Of a DNA stretch of 64,000 nucleotides, positions 14,793-31,250 are shown one piece after another. Both the position numbers and the translations under genes were made by a program. The notes below the pieces were generated by a model. It ran no database searches, was not told the origin of the DNA, and saw only the letters and a list, made by a program, of their open reading frames with translations. The stretch comes from the human T2T-CHM13v2.0 reference genome, Homo sapiens, in assembly GCF_009914755.1 (NCBI RefSeq), contig NC_060931.1. One strand, written 5' to 3'. The stretch's first letter is position 1, and each line of letters begins with the position of its first letter.

Positions 14793-15966
14793 TCCTTTTC
14801 TTGTCTTATTTCACTAAGACTTACAGTATGACATTGAATAGGACTGGTGAGAGGAAACATTCTTTCCTGTTCTGGATCTTTGTGGGAAAGCATCCAGTGT
14901 CTCACCATTAAGTATGATGTTAGCTGTAGGTTTTTGTGGACATTCTTTATTAAATCTAGGAAGTTCCCCCTCTATTCCTACTTTGTTGACAGATTTTATC
15001 ATGAATAGGTAATAAATTTTGTCAAGCGATTTTTCTGCCTCAATTGACATGATCAAGAAATTTTTCTTCTTTAGCTACTGATGGCTGATTATATTAATCA
15101 GTTTTTGAATGTTGAATCAGTGCGCAGAACTGGAATAAATCCTACTTGGCTGTGTTTTACAATTATTCTCATAGATTTTTTTTCAATTTGCTGATTTGGT
15201 TTTGAGAATTTGTCATCTCTGTAGTGAGAGATTGTGATTTGTAGTTTTTTACTGAAAGCTATCTTTTATAATATTTTTATTTGGTTTAGGTATTAGGATA
15301 ATGCTGGCCTCATACAATGAGTTAGAATGTGTTCCTCTGGTTCTATTTTCTGGAAGAGATTGTAGAAAATTCATATAATTTCTTCTTTAATTGTTCCATA
15401 AGATTCACTGGTGAAATCATCTGGAACTGATGTGTTCTGTTTTGGAAGGTTATTAATGATTAATTAATTTTCTTAATAGACGTACACTCATTTAGTTTAT
15501 TTATTTCTCCTTGTGTGAGTTTTGGGAGTTTGTGTCTTTCAGGGAATTGGCCCAGTACTGATAATAATCAGTAGTGATGGCCCTGTTTTTATGTCGGATA
15601 TTGGTAACTTGTGTCTTTTTTCTTGGTTATCTTGGTTAGAAGTTTATCAAATTTACCAATTTTTTTTTTTTTAAAGAGCTTTTGGCTTTACTGATTTTTT
15701 CTACTACTTTATTCTTTTCAATGTCATTACTTTCTGCTTTCAGTTTTAGTATTTATTTTCTTCTGATTTCTTTAGGTATAAATTGCTCTCCTTTGTCTAG
15801 TTTCCTGAGCTCGGATTATTGATTTTAGGTTTTCTTCTTTTCTAATAAAGGCATTTAATTTTAAATTTCCTTCTAAACACTGCTTTTTCTGCATTCCACA
15901 AATTTGAAAAATTTTCATTTTCATTTCATTTCATTTAGTTATAAATAATTTTATAATTTTTATTGA

Positions 15967-16249
<283 letters not shown>

Positions 16250-16848
16250 AATCATGTGTTATTTAGATGGGTGTTGTTTAATCTCCAAACATTTGGGAAT
16301 TCTCCAGTTATTTTTCTTTTACTGATCTAGTTGAATTCTATCATGGTCTGAGAGCATATTTTGTATGATTTCTATTCTTTGCAAGTTTTTAAGGTGGTGT
16401 TTTATGACCCAGATTGTGGTCCACCTTGGCAAATGTTCTATGTGAACTTGAGAAGAATGTATATTTAGCTGTTATTGGATAGAGTATCCTGTAATTGTCA
16501 GTTAGATCACATTGATTGATAGTGCTATTCTGGTCAATTATAGTCTTACTAATTTTCAACCTGCTTGATCTATGCATTATTAACCTTCTGCTAACGGATG
16601 AATTCTCCACATCTAATAGTGGATCTATCTATTTCTTTTTACAGTTCTATCAGTTTTTGCCTAATGTACTTTGATGGTCTGTTCTTAGTTAGCTGCACAC
16701 ACACTGATTGTTATGTATTTTTAGAGAATTGATGCCTTTACCATTGCATAATGCATGCCTTTATTCCTAATAATTTTTTTCTGAAGGTTACTTTTTTCCT
16801 GAAATCAAAATAACTACTCTAGCTTTTTCCTTTTTTCTTTCTTTCTTC

Positions 16849-17725
<877 letters not shown>

Positions 17726-17982
17726 CTTTTTTATTTTTTTTTTAGACAGAGTCTTATTGTCTGCAGTACAGTGGCACAATCATGGCTCACGGTAGCCTCA
17801 ACTTTCTGAGCTTAAGTGATCCTCCCACTTCAGCCTCCCAAGTAGCTGGGACCACAGGCACACACCAATATGCCTGGCTGATTTTCAAATATTTTACAGA
17901 GACATGGTCTCCCTATGTTCCCCAAGCTGGTCTTGCACTTCTGGGCTCAAGGAATCCTCCCACCTTGGCCCTCCTAAAGTGC
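17726..17982 (-). mobile_element. Partial AluJ
   Basis: agacagagtctt...ctgggctcaaggaatcctcccaccttggccctcctaaagtgc. Confidence 0.9.
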
Positions 17983-20900
17983 CGCTTTCTTTTCTTTTTA
18001 TTAGTGTTAGCATAGTCCATCTTTCTTATTATTTTAGTTTTACTCTGTGTCTTCATATTTAAGGTGGCTTTCTGGTAAGCAGTGTTTAGTTGGGTTTTGA
18101 TATTTTATCCGCTCTGACATATCTGTCTTTTAATTGGTGCATTTAGACCATTCACATTTTAAATGGTTACTGATATAGTTTGGCTAACATCTACCTTGTT
18201 TATAATTGTTTTCTATTTATTCCACTTATTTTTTGTTCCTTTCTCTTCCCTCTTTTTCTGTCTTGCCTGGTTTTAATTGAGCATTTTATAATTCTCCATT
18301 ATCTCATCCTTTAGCATATTAATTATACTTCTTTGTAAAAATAATTGAGTAAGGACTGCCCTAGAGTTTTCAATATTAATTTTTAACTAATCAAATTTAC
18401 CTTTAAATAGCAAGAGAGATGGGGAAGACAACTTTCTGGCCTTTATCTTGGTGAGACTCATAAGATGAGAAATTTTTCAAACATAGTAAGGATGTTCAAA
18501 ATTGCTGAGCAGCCACAAAGAACACAAAATCTACTACATATTTTTCTTAACTACTTTTTCTCCTATTTTTCACCTCCTTGCTTAGTTCCTAAAACAGTTA
18601 ATTTCTTTCTACTTTGTCTTCCAGTCATTAAGTCATTCTACAAATACGTCATTTATCTTCAGTCCAACCATTGAGTTCTTTTTCAAAAATATCCTTGTGT
18701 CATGTTTTTGATTTCTAAGAATGCTCTCTTTTTCTGATAGTTCCATTTTTTGTATGCAATAACCTTTCAAATCTATTTGGAAGTATTAATTACAAATTAT
18801 TTAAGGAATATGTTTCTTTTTTCTCTGTATTTTTGTATTCATTTTAGTGTCCCTCACTAAAATTTGCTCTTGGTTTTCCTCAAAATGTCTGGCAAATTTT
18901 GTATTCACATTTATAAATGAAAGACTTGCCTCACCATTGTGGGTGTCATGGGGCTCCCTGGCCATTTTCAAGCCTTCTTTACTATAGAGAACTACCCCTT
19001 GAAAGAGAGTTGTAACTTTAGAGCTCCATAAGTGTGACAGGGAAAAACTTACAGGAATGCTTCTTGCCAGGAAAAAAAAGGGCAGCTGTTTTTGAAAGGC
19101 CCATAGATAAAAAGCAAAGAGATAATCTACAGACTTTCCTCAAATGGTGAAATAAGAAAAGTGTGAGTGTGGCCCAACTCTTAGCATGGAGCTGCAATGT
19201 CCTTGTCATTTTCTTGATGTCCATTCTAACGGTCAAATTTTACCTTTTTGCCTTACTCCAGTTCAGGAGTTCATGCTAAGGCTTCATTTTCTGAGTCAAA
19301 AATTCTACTTTATTTAATTCTTCTAACATGATTTAGCCTGCAGGCTAAAGAATAGTCAAGTTGGGACTGGCCCAACTGTTGCACAATTCTTCAGTGAATT
19401 GACTCACTATTTGACCCATGACCAGCTCCCATTACTAACCCTGCTGACTCAATGCTTTGCATTTCACTATGGTTTCTAGCACTAATCCTGCTAACTACTG
19501 TATGTTTTTAAGAAATTTCTCCAATTTTAAGTATAATAATGACACTGCTTTGTCTCCAGTGCTGCTATAGATTTTTTTATTCATGAATCACTTCTGTTTT
19601 TCAAGGTGATTTTATGAATAAAAGGAAATACTGTATCATCTTGTTTGGTGACAACATTTGTCTTTTTCTACCACACAATGGGTGAATAATCCACTGGGTA
19701 AAATGGTAATTTTCAGGCTAGCTGAGACTAAATAAAATAAACAATGATGCATTGCTGCGATCAAAAACTCAGCTTTTTCATTGGTATATTTGGAATCTGT
19801 GTTTGTGCAAATGAATCCTTAGGCATAGGCATTTTTACCATGATACTTTAAAAATGCAAATTATTATGTGATGTTTGTACAATTCATTTCAGTACTTCTG
19901 CTTAGAAATTGTTTTCTTAGCCCTTTTCTGAATGAGATATATGTTCATTAACATTAAAAAATACATTAACATAAACATATATTTTCATATGAAGATAAAA
20001 ATATTAATGTGGTTATTCCAGAAGGTAGAATTTAGAGCGATGTTGATATTTTTGCTTTTAGATTGTGTTTTCTAAATTTTCTACAATAAACATGTACGTA
20101 ACTTGAAGGAGGACTTTTAAAAATAAATGTATTTGCTTTTTTTTTTCGGTTTGCTAGACAAATATTATACCATGCCCACGGCTACCAAGAGAAGTAGTCA
20201 CAAAGAGCAGCAAATTTAAGAAGCAAAAATTTAAAAAGCATAAACAGCCTTATGTATACTGATTGCATAAAGATTTCTGTGTGTATACCATTGTATAGAA
20301 TGCAAGTTTAAAACTGCATGTATTATTTCTTCTGTGCTGTTTCCTGCCAGCTGTTGACCTTGAAAACAACATATTATTGAGATGACTCATGAGAACCAGT
20401 GTGAAATAGGACATTTTACTGCTAGAAGTTCTCCTTCTCCTCAGACTGTAGTTTGGCAGTACTGTATAAAGGCAGAACAAAGTTGTAAAAGCTGAGATTA
20501 GAAATTAGTCGTGTTAGCACACCTTAACCATAATTTTGTTAGGATGTGCAACAAAAGAATCAATGTTAACTATTTACTCAACAGTAACATTTATTATGCA
20601 GAAGAAATGTGTTCACGCCTTATGAAATCTCTTCTAAGTCTTCCGAAGCCTAACATGGCAAATATAGAGTTTAGTGGACTCCATTATAATTTGGCTTACA
20701 ACCCACATGTCTCGAATTTCCCCATAAATTGTATGAAAATAATATGCATAAAATTATTTTATGAAAATATAACATTAGCATTTTCCTTTTAAAATATCTG
20801 GGACTCATCCAATAAAGGTTCCTGTGATGTCAGGGACAGATGACCCTAAATGTAGAAGTGACATTATGAGGCATTTGCAAAACCTGGGCAAAATCAAGAG

Positions 20901-21029
20901 TACAAAATATTAACATTTTTACTTGCTATGAAAAAAATAGGCAAAATTTGAAAGTGTGGCAAAAAGTTGGGTACCATATCCCTTCAATGTCATACTAGGG
21001 TGACAGCAACCTAATTATTATCTAGGGAA

Positions 21030-21222
21030 GTGGGTCTGAAACTTCAGTGTGCATTCAAAATCATCTAAATAACTTACTAAATCATAGGTTGTTGGGTCCC
21101 ACTCAGAGCTCCTGATTCTGTAAATCTGGCAAAAGGGCCTGAGAATATTAATTTCTAACAAATTTCCAGGTGAGACAGATTCAGGAATTTCTAATCCAGG
21201 AATTATAATTTCAGAATCACTG
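21030..21222. mobile_element. MER5A-like hAT-Charlie MITE
   Basis: tgggtcccactcagagctcctgattctgtaaatctgg...gggcctgagaat...tttctaacaaatttccaggtga. Confidence 0.75.
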
Positions 21223-22269
21223 ATACAGAAGAAGATACCTACTTAGATTACTGTACATTATTCATCTGCATTTCTAGGTATCAGTTTATAGACTTCTGTT
21301 CAGTAGAAATGGAAATAATTTCTGTACAGAGTAACAGATAATTCTAAATATTATTGCCCTATAAGACATTACCAGTTTTGTATCTTACCCAACTATCTTA
21401 ACTGAATATGTCTGTGTGTGTGTGTGCACACAGGTGCATACATGCATGCATAATAGTTTCTCAATTGCTTCTTGAACTGGTTTTAATACCTCACTGGTTC
21501 CCTCACACATGTGAGTTCAATAACATTTTTTACACTTGTTTATATTATATTTGTATGAGAGAAATAATTTTACTTTTGTGAAAATTATACTTTAACACAT
21601 TTGAATGAATGGTTGTTGACTGAATTTTGGTACTTTTGGATTTTATTATATAATTGTAATCAAGTATTGTACACAGAGCATTAAGGTAACTCTTTTAAAT
21701 AGAAAGGTACATCTTTTGTGAAATTCATGAAATTACTTTGAAATTTCTTACATTATTTCAGTAGATTTCCTTTTCTTGCCTCAGACTTACGTGCTTCAAT
21801 GTTTTCTTGAAACTCTCAAGACGTTGTGTCATAAGATGGTTACTATTAATCAGAAATAATTTTCTCTTCATTTTTATTTTCATTAAAGTACCTCTCAGAG
21901 TCCTTTTTATGTTAACATGCAGAAATATACCACATGACTATCTTCTTCATCAAAATTGGGTAGCATCCATATTGGGTAGTATAAAAAACATATTTTAGCA
22001 TAGAGAAATAATAACAGAACATGGAAGTCAGAAGTATATCTGTGTTTCCAGGGATTACATAAATGGCACGGGCCTTCATAGCTACAAGTTTAACTCCCAA
22101 TTTATTACTAATTTCCCATGAGTCTTGGAGAATCACTATGCTTTTCATTCTTTTGCATCATTGTTTGCCAAGTATTATAATATTTGCAGGGATATAATTT
22201 AGTTAGATTGTAAGCTATTTTTATAAATTAGATGGTCTAGTAAAAAATGTAGTATTAATTAATATAAGT

Positions 22270-23155
22270 ATTCAAAACCACAATGAAATATTATTTCACA
22301 TACATTAGGATGGCTACCACCAAAACAAAAACAAAAACGAGCGTTAGAAGGGATGTGGAGAAATTGGAATCCTTGCACACAGTTGATGGGAATGCAAAAT
22401 CATGCAGCCACTATGGAAAAGAGTATGGCAGTTTCTCAAAAAATAAAAACATAGAATTACCATGTGATCCAGCAATCCCTGTCTGTGTACATATACAAAA
22501 GAATTGGAAGCAAGATCTCAAAGAGGTATTTGAACACTCATGTTTATAGCAGCTTCCACCAAGAGGTGGAAGCAACTCAAATGTCCATCAGTGAATGAAG
22601 GGATAAACAAAATGTGGTATATCCATATGATGGAATATTATTCAGTCTTAAAAAGGAAAGAAATCATGTCACACACTACAACATGGATGAACTTTGAGGA
22701 CATTACACTAAGTGAAATAAACTAGTCACAAAAAGACCATACCACATGGTTTTACTTGTATGAGATATCTAAAGCAGTCAAGCTCATAGAGACAGGCTGG
22801 GTGGAGTGGCTCACACCTGTAATCCCAGCACTTTGGGAGGCCAAGGTGAAAGAATCACTTGAGCCCAGGGGTTCAAGATCAGCCTGGGCAATAGAGAGAC
22901 CCTGTCTCTATTAAAAAAAAAATTCATAGAGACAAACAATGGATCATGGTTACCAGGGACTGGGAGAACCAGGAAATGGGGGGGTTGTTGTTTAATGGAT
23001 ATAGAGTTTCAGTTTTGCAAGATGAAAACATTCTGGAGATCCATTGCACAACAATGTGAACATAATGAACACTATTGAATGCTATACCTAAAAATAGTTA
23101 AGACTGTAAATGTTATGTTGGATTTTTTATCACAATTAAAAATAGAAAAAAAAAG
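22270..23155 (+). mobile_element. L1MB-type 3' end
   Basis: ORF2 C-terminus ([10 protein letters not shown]; KRWKQLKCPS...INKMWYIHMMEYYS), 3'UTR and A tail. Confidence 0.9.
22795..22922 (+). mobile_element. Alu monomer (FLAM_C-like)
   Basis: Single left monomer with A tail; perfect TSD tcatagagaca at 22784-22794 and 22924-22934. Confidence 0.93.
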
Positions 23156-24412
23156 TATTTCTGGATAGGATTAACTTTATGGCTTTAAAAGAAGGCAGCT
23201 TTAGGAGCCTAATTCCAGGCTCACCACAGGATTCCCTTTACCCTGCTATCTCCCTTACTAACCTGTTTTATGCCTTAAGTGTTACCTGTGGAGCATCCTT
23301 CCTTGTGGTTATGAGCATATTCCCCATTGTGAATAAATACCTAAAGTAACAACCTGTAATCAAGCATTTATATTTCTAAGGACATTTATGACAGATTGTT
23401 ACAAGTAAGCTTTGACTGAATACACAAAGGAAAGAGCAGGAGGGCAGAGTGTCCTTGGTGAAGGGAGATTAAGAGTCTGGTGAAGCCTGGTTATTTACCA
23501 AAAACTTCATCTACTTAACTCCAATGTCAGGCCTGCAAAAATATTTTCCCTTCCTATTTCCTGTTGCCCTGGGGAAAGTTGCTGTTACCATAGAAAAGGG
23601 AGTCTATGTGTGTAACCTATGCATTCCTTTCTAGGGGCAGACAAAAGACACATTGTGAGTGAATGACTTTCACAGCTCTTCAGCTCTAGACCATTAGTAT
23701 GCTCAGTTTTAAGCTCTATGTTTCCCTTTTTGAAGTAGTTAAATCCTTTATTGACTGTTTCTTCTCATTTCCACATCATCTTTTAGTTCAGTGGAGGAAC
23801 ATTATATTACGATTCTTACTAAGGGGCCAGAAGTGTCAATCCATTTTAAGGTCAATTCAAACACAGACCGCTTACCTCTCAGCCCTATGCTGTGGAACTT
23901 CTGGAAGAAACCCCATTCTTAATTTTATGATGTTTTTACACATATACCCCCACAAAAAGTGGTTACCATAGAAACTGGGGAGCAAGTAACTTGGTAACTT
24001 TAACAGAAGTGCATACTTGCTATTGCCAAAGCTGGAATAACAATTGTGCATTTACCAGGAGAATACAAGACTTTCTATTGTAAAGTCGACTACTTCTTTT
24101 TTACCAGGTGCTCCATGATTCTTCAAGTGTATTCCCAATATGAGACAATGTTTTCTGTATTAGTGACTTAGAAAAATATTTGGGTTTTTTTTTGACATAG
24201 CAGTATGTCAGTGAAAAAAATTAAATTGACATGATTTATATTACCTTATGTGTCTACATCATTCCTTTTGCTTCTAAGGCTTTACAAGGACATCCTTGAA
24301 GATTTTTGTGAGGGGTTGGCTCCCTTTATTTTTAATTAAACATTGATATAATTCATTGTACAAAATTTGGGGAGCACAGTGAACTGTAAAGAAGATTTTA
24401 AAAACCCATAAA

Positions 24413-24642
24413 GCCTTTGTCTCTCGCTCCAGCCAGAGCTTGGGGTTAGTGCTTCACTGCCCTGTGTCCTCCGCTCCAGGAGGTCTCTGTGATTGTGCCA
24501 CAGCCTAAGCCTCCATCGCTCTGTGACCTGCTGGTATTGGAACATTCATAGCAAAGACCCCAGGACACTCCTGAAGCCAAGAAGGAGGAAAAGAAATAGC
24601 CCTGCAATGTGAAGAGACATGAGACAGTAGCCAAACTCCCAG
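24413..24642 (+). pseudogene. Retrocopied KRAB-zinc-finger gene 5' exons (ZNF91/ZNF141-type exon 1 plus 3' half of KRAB-B exon)
   Basis: gcctttgtctctcgctccagccagagct...ctctgtgacctgctggtattgg...ggacactcctgaagcc matches recalled ZNF91-family first exons; 24585-24642 reads EEKK*PCNVKRHETVAKLP, like KRAB-B EQxKEPWNVKRHETVAKxP. Confidence 0.8.
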
Positions 24643-25032
24643 AAGACAGGAGAAGACAGAATACCTCCTAAATCTTTATATGAGGCCAGCATTAACCTAC
24701 ATCAAACCAGACAAAGACATTACAATAAAATAAAACCACAGACCAATATCTCCTATAAATGTACATGCAAAAACCTCAACAAAATACTAGCAATTCAAAT
24801 TCAATGAGGTACAAAAACAATTACACACTATGACCAACTTGGATTTATTTCAGATAATGCAAATCTGGTTCAACATTTAAAAACCAATTAATGCAATCCA
24901 TTCCATGAAGACTAAAGAAGAAAAATAACATGAGCATATAAATGGAGAAAAAAACATTTGAAAACATCTAGTACCTTCTCGTGGTTAAAAGACTGGGCAA
25001 AGAAGGAAAAGAAGGGAACTTCCTCAACTTTA

Positions 25033-25395
<363 letters not shown>

Positions 25396-26412
25396 CTAGA
25401 CTGTGAGAAACTAGAAGTTATCCTGCCAAGATCAGGATCCAGTCAGTGATGGCCTCTATCAGCATTCCATCTCAACATTTTACTGAAAATCTGAATAGTA
25501 TAATATGGGGCAAAGTGTATACTGTTTGGGAAGGATAAAATAAAACTGCCATTTTTTGCAGATGACTAAATTGTCTATGTAGTAAATCCAAAATGAGCAA
25601 CCTAAAAAAATCTGGAACTAATAAACAATTATAATAAGGGTACAGAACACAAGATTAATATACAGAAGTAAATTGTTTCCTATATAGCAGGTATGAACAA
25701 GTCAAATTTGAAATTTTAAATGCCTTAACATTTAAATTAGTGCTTTTCAAAATGAAACATATAAATCTAAAAAAATATATTCAATATCATTTTGATAAAA
25801 ACTATATAATTCTGATGAAAAAATCAATAACCATATACAATATTATAGGTATTCTCAAAGTATTTTTCTTCCAGTCTGAGCCTCGTCTTCTTATTCAAAT
25901 GAGAAGCAGTGTATTTCAGAGTATAGTTTGTATTTCACAGAAGAAATATTTCCTTCTCATATACAAGCAAACTCAGTATTGTCAAGATGTCATTTCTCGG
26001 CTTCATCTATAGATCAACACAATCCCTATCTAAACCCAAAGAAATTATGTTGTGGATTTTGAGAATACTTTCTAACATTTATATGAAGAGAAAAAAATCA
26101 AAACAACACAATATTGAAAAAGAACAAGAAAGAGGACTGTTATTACTCAACTTCAATACTTATTATAAATCTGTAGTAATCACGAAACATTGTATTGGCA
26201 AAATAATCCACAAATTGATTAAAGGAACAAACACAAATCTCAAATATCTACAAAAATACAGTTAACTGATTGTTCACAAAGAATAAAAAGCAATACAATG
26301 GAGAAAAGATAATCTTTTAACAAATGGTGCTGTAATAACTGGACATCCACATGCAAAAAAAAATTTAAAAAGAATCTAGACATAGTTATTACACTCCTCA
26401 AAAATTATCTCA

Positions 26413-26703
<291 letters not shown>

Positions 26704-27202
26704 AAAAATTATCTCAAAATGTATCAGACTTAAATGTAAACACAAAACAATGAAACTAAAAGAAAACAGGAAAAAAAATCTAGATGTTCTCAAATAGAGC
26801 AATAATATGTTGTTCTTCATTGAAATTTAAAAACAAAGAAAAACTCTGTAAAAGATATTGGTTCTCATTCTAATAAGAGGAGAAGGCACAGACCAGAAGA
26901 AAAATATTTTCAAAACACCCACCTGGAAAGAAATATTATCTAAGATATGTAACAAACACTTAAAATTCAACAAAAAGAAATGAACAACTCCCATAGATTA
27001 CACACATTTTACATATCATATATTACTTTTAGAATCCCTAACAGAATGAAGTCCTAACACACCCAAATTATAATTTCTGAGCACTCTTTCAGTAAGACAT
27101 GTAAAGGCACAGGAAAAGCTGAAAGACTTTTTTGTATTCCTGGTCTACCTCATTAAAATGTAATCCTCGGCCAGGCCCGGTGGCTCACGCCTGTAATCCC
27201 AG

Positions 27203-28899
<1,697 letters not shown>

Positions 28900-29869
28900 T
28901 TAATTAAATGTAATCTTCGAAGGTGTTGTAGCCAGCTCTCCAGGCTCCTAAGATTGTGAGGAATGCATGTCTTCCTTCCAGGGCAAAGAGCAGCATTGAA
29001 TAATAACATAATAGCTGTAACATGGATTTTTCAAGCATGGCTTCAATTTGACACGTCAGAACATTTGAGATTCTAAATCACTGCTCCAGACTGTTTTACA
29101 TCGCTCCACTGACTATAGGAAATTTTTACTGAAATCAAGGTTTAACAAAATAACTTACTTATAAAGTCTAACAAGCGGAAAGAAAATTAGCCAGAGATAA
29201 TCAGTTCTTCCTGAAAAACACTCTTTTCTCATTAAATTTTTTCTGACGTTAGTTTACTGATTTCAGGTAGAATTTTAAATTCTCCTTAAAAACAGAAGCA
29301 AACAAAAGAACTAACTGATAAAAACTAATAAAAGCTTGCTCAAATTAAAAAAAAAACCATAAACCCACTATCCGGAGTTAATTTTAGTTAATAATTTGAC
29401 CTAAGTTCTCCAAGTATTTTTTCAAACATAGTTGAGATTGTTGAGGGCTTTCATTGCAATTGTAAAAGGAATTGCAGGTGCCTGCTTAAATGAATGACTG
29501 GGATACATGTATAAAACTGCCTTGTCTAGTTATTTCTTTACCTTTATTCCTTAGCAATAGAATCTAGTCAAGCCAGCTATTATTCAGCATAATTTGTTAA
29601 TAATATGCTCTCATTTTTGCCATAAAATATTTATTTTCTCTGACATGTAGGGTTTATGTAATTTTGGAATTTATTTCATGGAGAAATACTAGCTAGAGGG
29701 AAGAAATCAAGAAATACCTTTGGTACCACAGTGTCGGAGGATGGATCTATCTGGATAACACTCCCTGCTGACAAGGTGAAGGTTGTGGGACTTAACATGC
29801 CAAGAGGGTGTATGGTGATGATGAAAGATGAAACTGTCATGGCTAAAATTGAGCAACGGCTGCTCCTTT

Positions 29870-30439
29870 TGTAGGGGAGAAAGTTTTCTTTTCTTTTCTC
29901 TACCCCTCTTAGAATCATTGGCTGGGGCCCTGTAAATTAAACTGACAAAAGACACATTAATAAGAGAAGAACAAACAGAAGTTTGTTAACATGTACAGTA
30001 TGCGTACACAGAAGAGCACTCAAAGGGATGGTTAGCATTTGGGCTTACATAGCATCTTAATAAATTTTAAACAATAAATTTTAGAGATGTGACAAGATGA
30101 AGGAAAAGGACTTTGAGTTTCTAGGGCAGCAAATTATGGGAAGGCAAATATATGGGGGGATGAATGAAAGATAAGGGCTAATTAATAAGATTTGTTACAT
30201 GGATTCCTCTAGTGCAATCTCCAGGCTGATAAGGGTCTAGAGCTGTCTCCAATAATTACCTCTGTCCTTCCTGGTGGAGAGGAGAGAGAGGCACATTTAC
30301 AAATTTACATTCTGCTTTTAATCAAATGAGGGAGGGAAGAGAGTTTTTCTTATGTCTGTTTCTTCTTAATTGTCTTCAGCTCAAAATAATCAATATGCCA
30401 AAATGACATATTTTGGGGTGCATCTTCTGCATCTCTTCA
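29870..30439 (-). mobile_element. MER34-family (ERV1) solo LTR
   Basis: TG...CA termini; minus strand begins tgaagagatgcagaagatgcaccccaaaatatgtcattttggcatattgattattttgagctgaag. Confidence 0.8.
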
Positions 30440-30829
30440 CTGCCATTTCTCTTGGTAATGAACCTTGTTGCTGCTTGTAAGATTGCTTTGAAAGTGATGG
30501 GACTGAGGATGTTTGCGACTGAAAATTACAGACAGCTGGGCAATGCTGTAATCAGAAAAAGGATCATTGACTTAAATAAAGCTTCCATCAAAATATATTC
30601 TTTATAAGAAGATTTGCAATATTAATAGCCTTTCTCTCAAGGTATACTAGAAAGCATTCAGTGAGTCTTACTGTATGTCAGGTAAGCCTTGTTCTCAGTC
30701 TTTTCTGGAAAAAAAAAAAAAGAATTATCAGACGTCAAATATAAAGAATATTTATCAGTATTTATTCTAAAAATCTCTGAGAACACTTAAATTTTTTTTT
30801 TAAATTAAGCTCATGTCTTCTCTTCTTTG

Positions 30830-31250
30830 TAATGAACCAGAAGGATTACTGGGTGTCTTCAGTGGAAAACTAGGCAGTTGTCTAAGCACATTATTACTGT
30901 CATCTGATCTATAGGTTCTCTGTATTTTTCCTCATCTTTGAGTTATTTTATAATTCTTGTAAGTTGTAAGTAACTGATAGCAATGCAAGTAATTACTCTA
31001 CAGAATCACACAAATTAATTTTGTCTTAGGGAAATTAAACTGATTTCTCTCTACTTCCCATGGAATAAGACCTTTTTACACCAATTTGTAAATAAATTCC
31101 CACATACTTATTGCTTATATATGCGCATATTCTTTAACACTCATTTGGATCAATTGTAACATTTATGGGTCCCTCATTAGTTAATGAGTTAAATAAAATC
31201 ATTGACAGGTATTCATTTTGTATTTGTATGTCAGTCACAATTATACCCTA
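30830..31250 (+). mobile_element. LTR37-like old LTR
   Basis: tttatgggtccctcattagttaatgagttaaataaaatcattgaca resembles the LTR37 3' part; 5' boundary uncertain. Confidence 0.5.

Noticed and set aside
20320-20385. Strong acceptor-like tract followed by AVDLENNILLR*
   Set aside because: No upstream exons or recognisable protein in the window.
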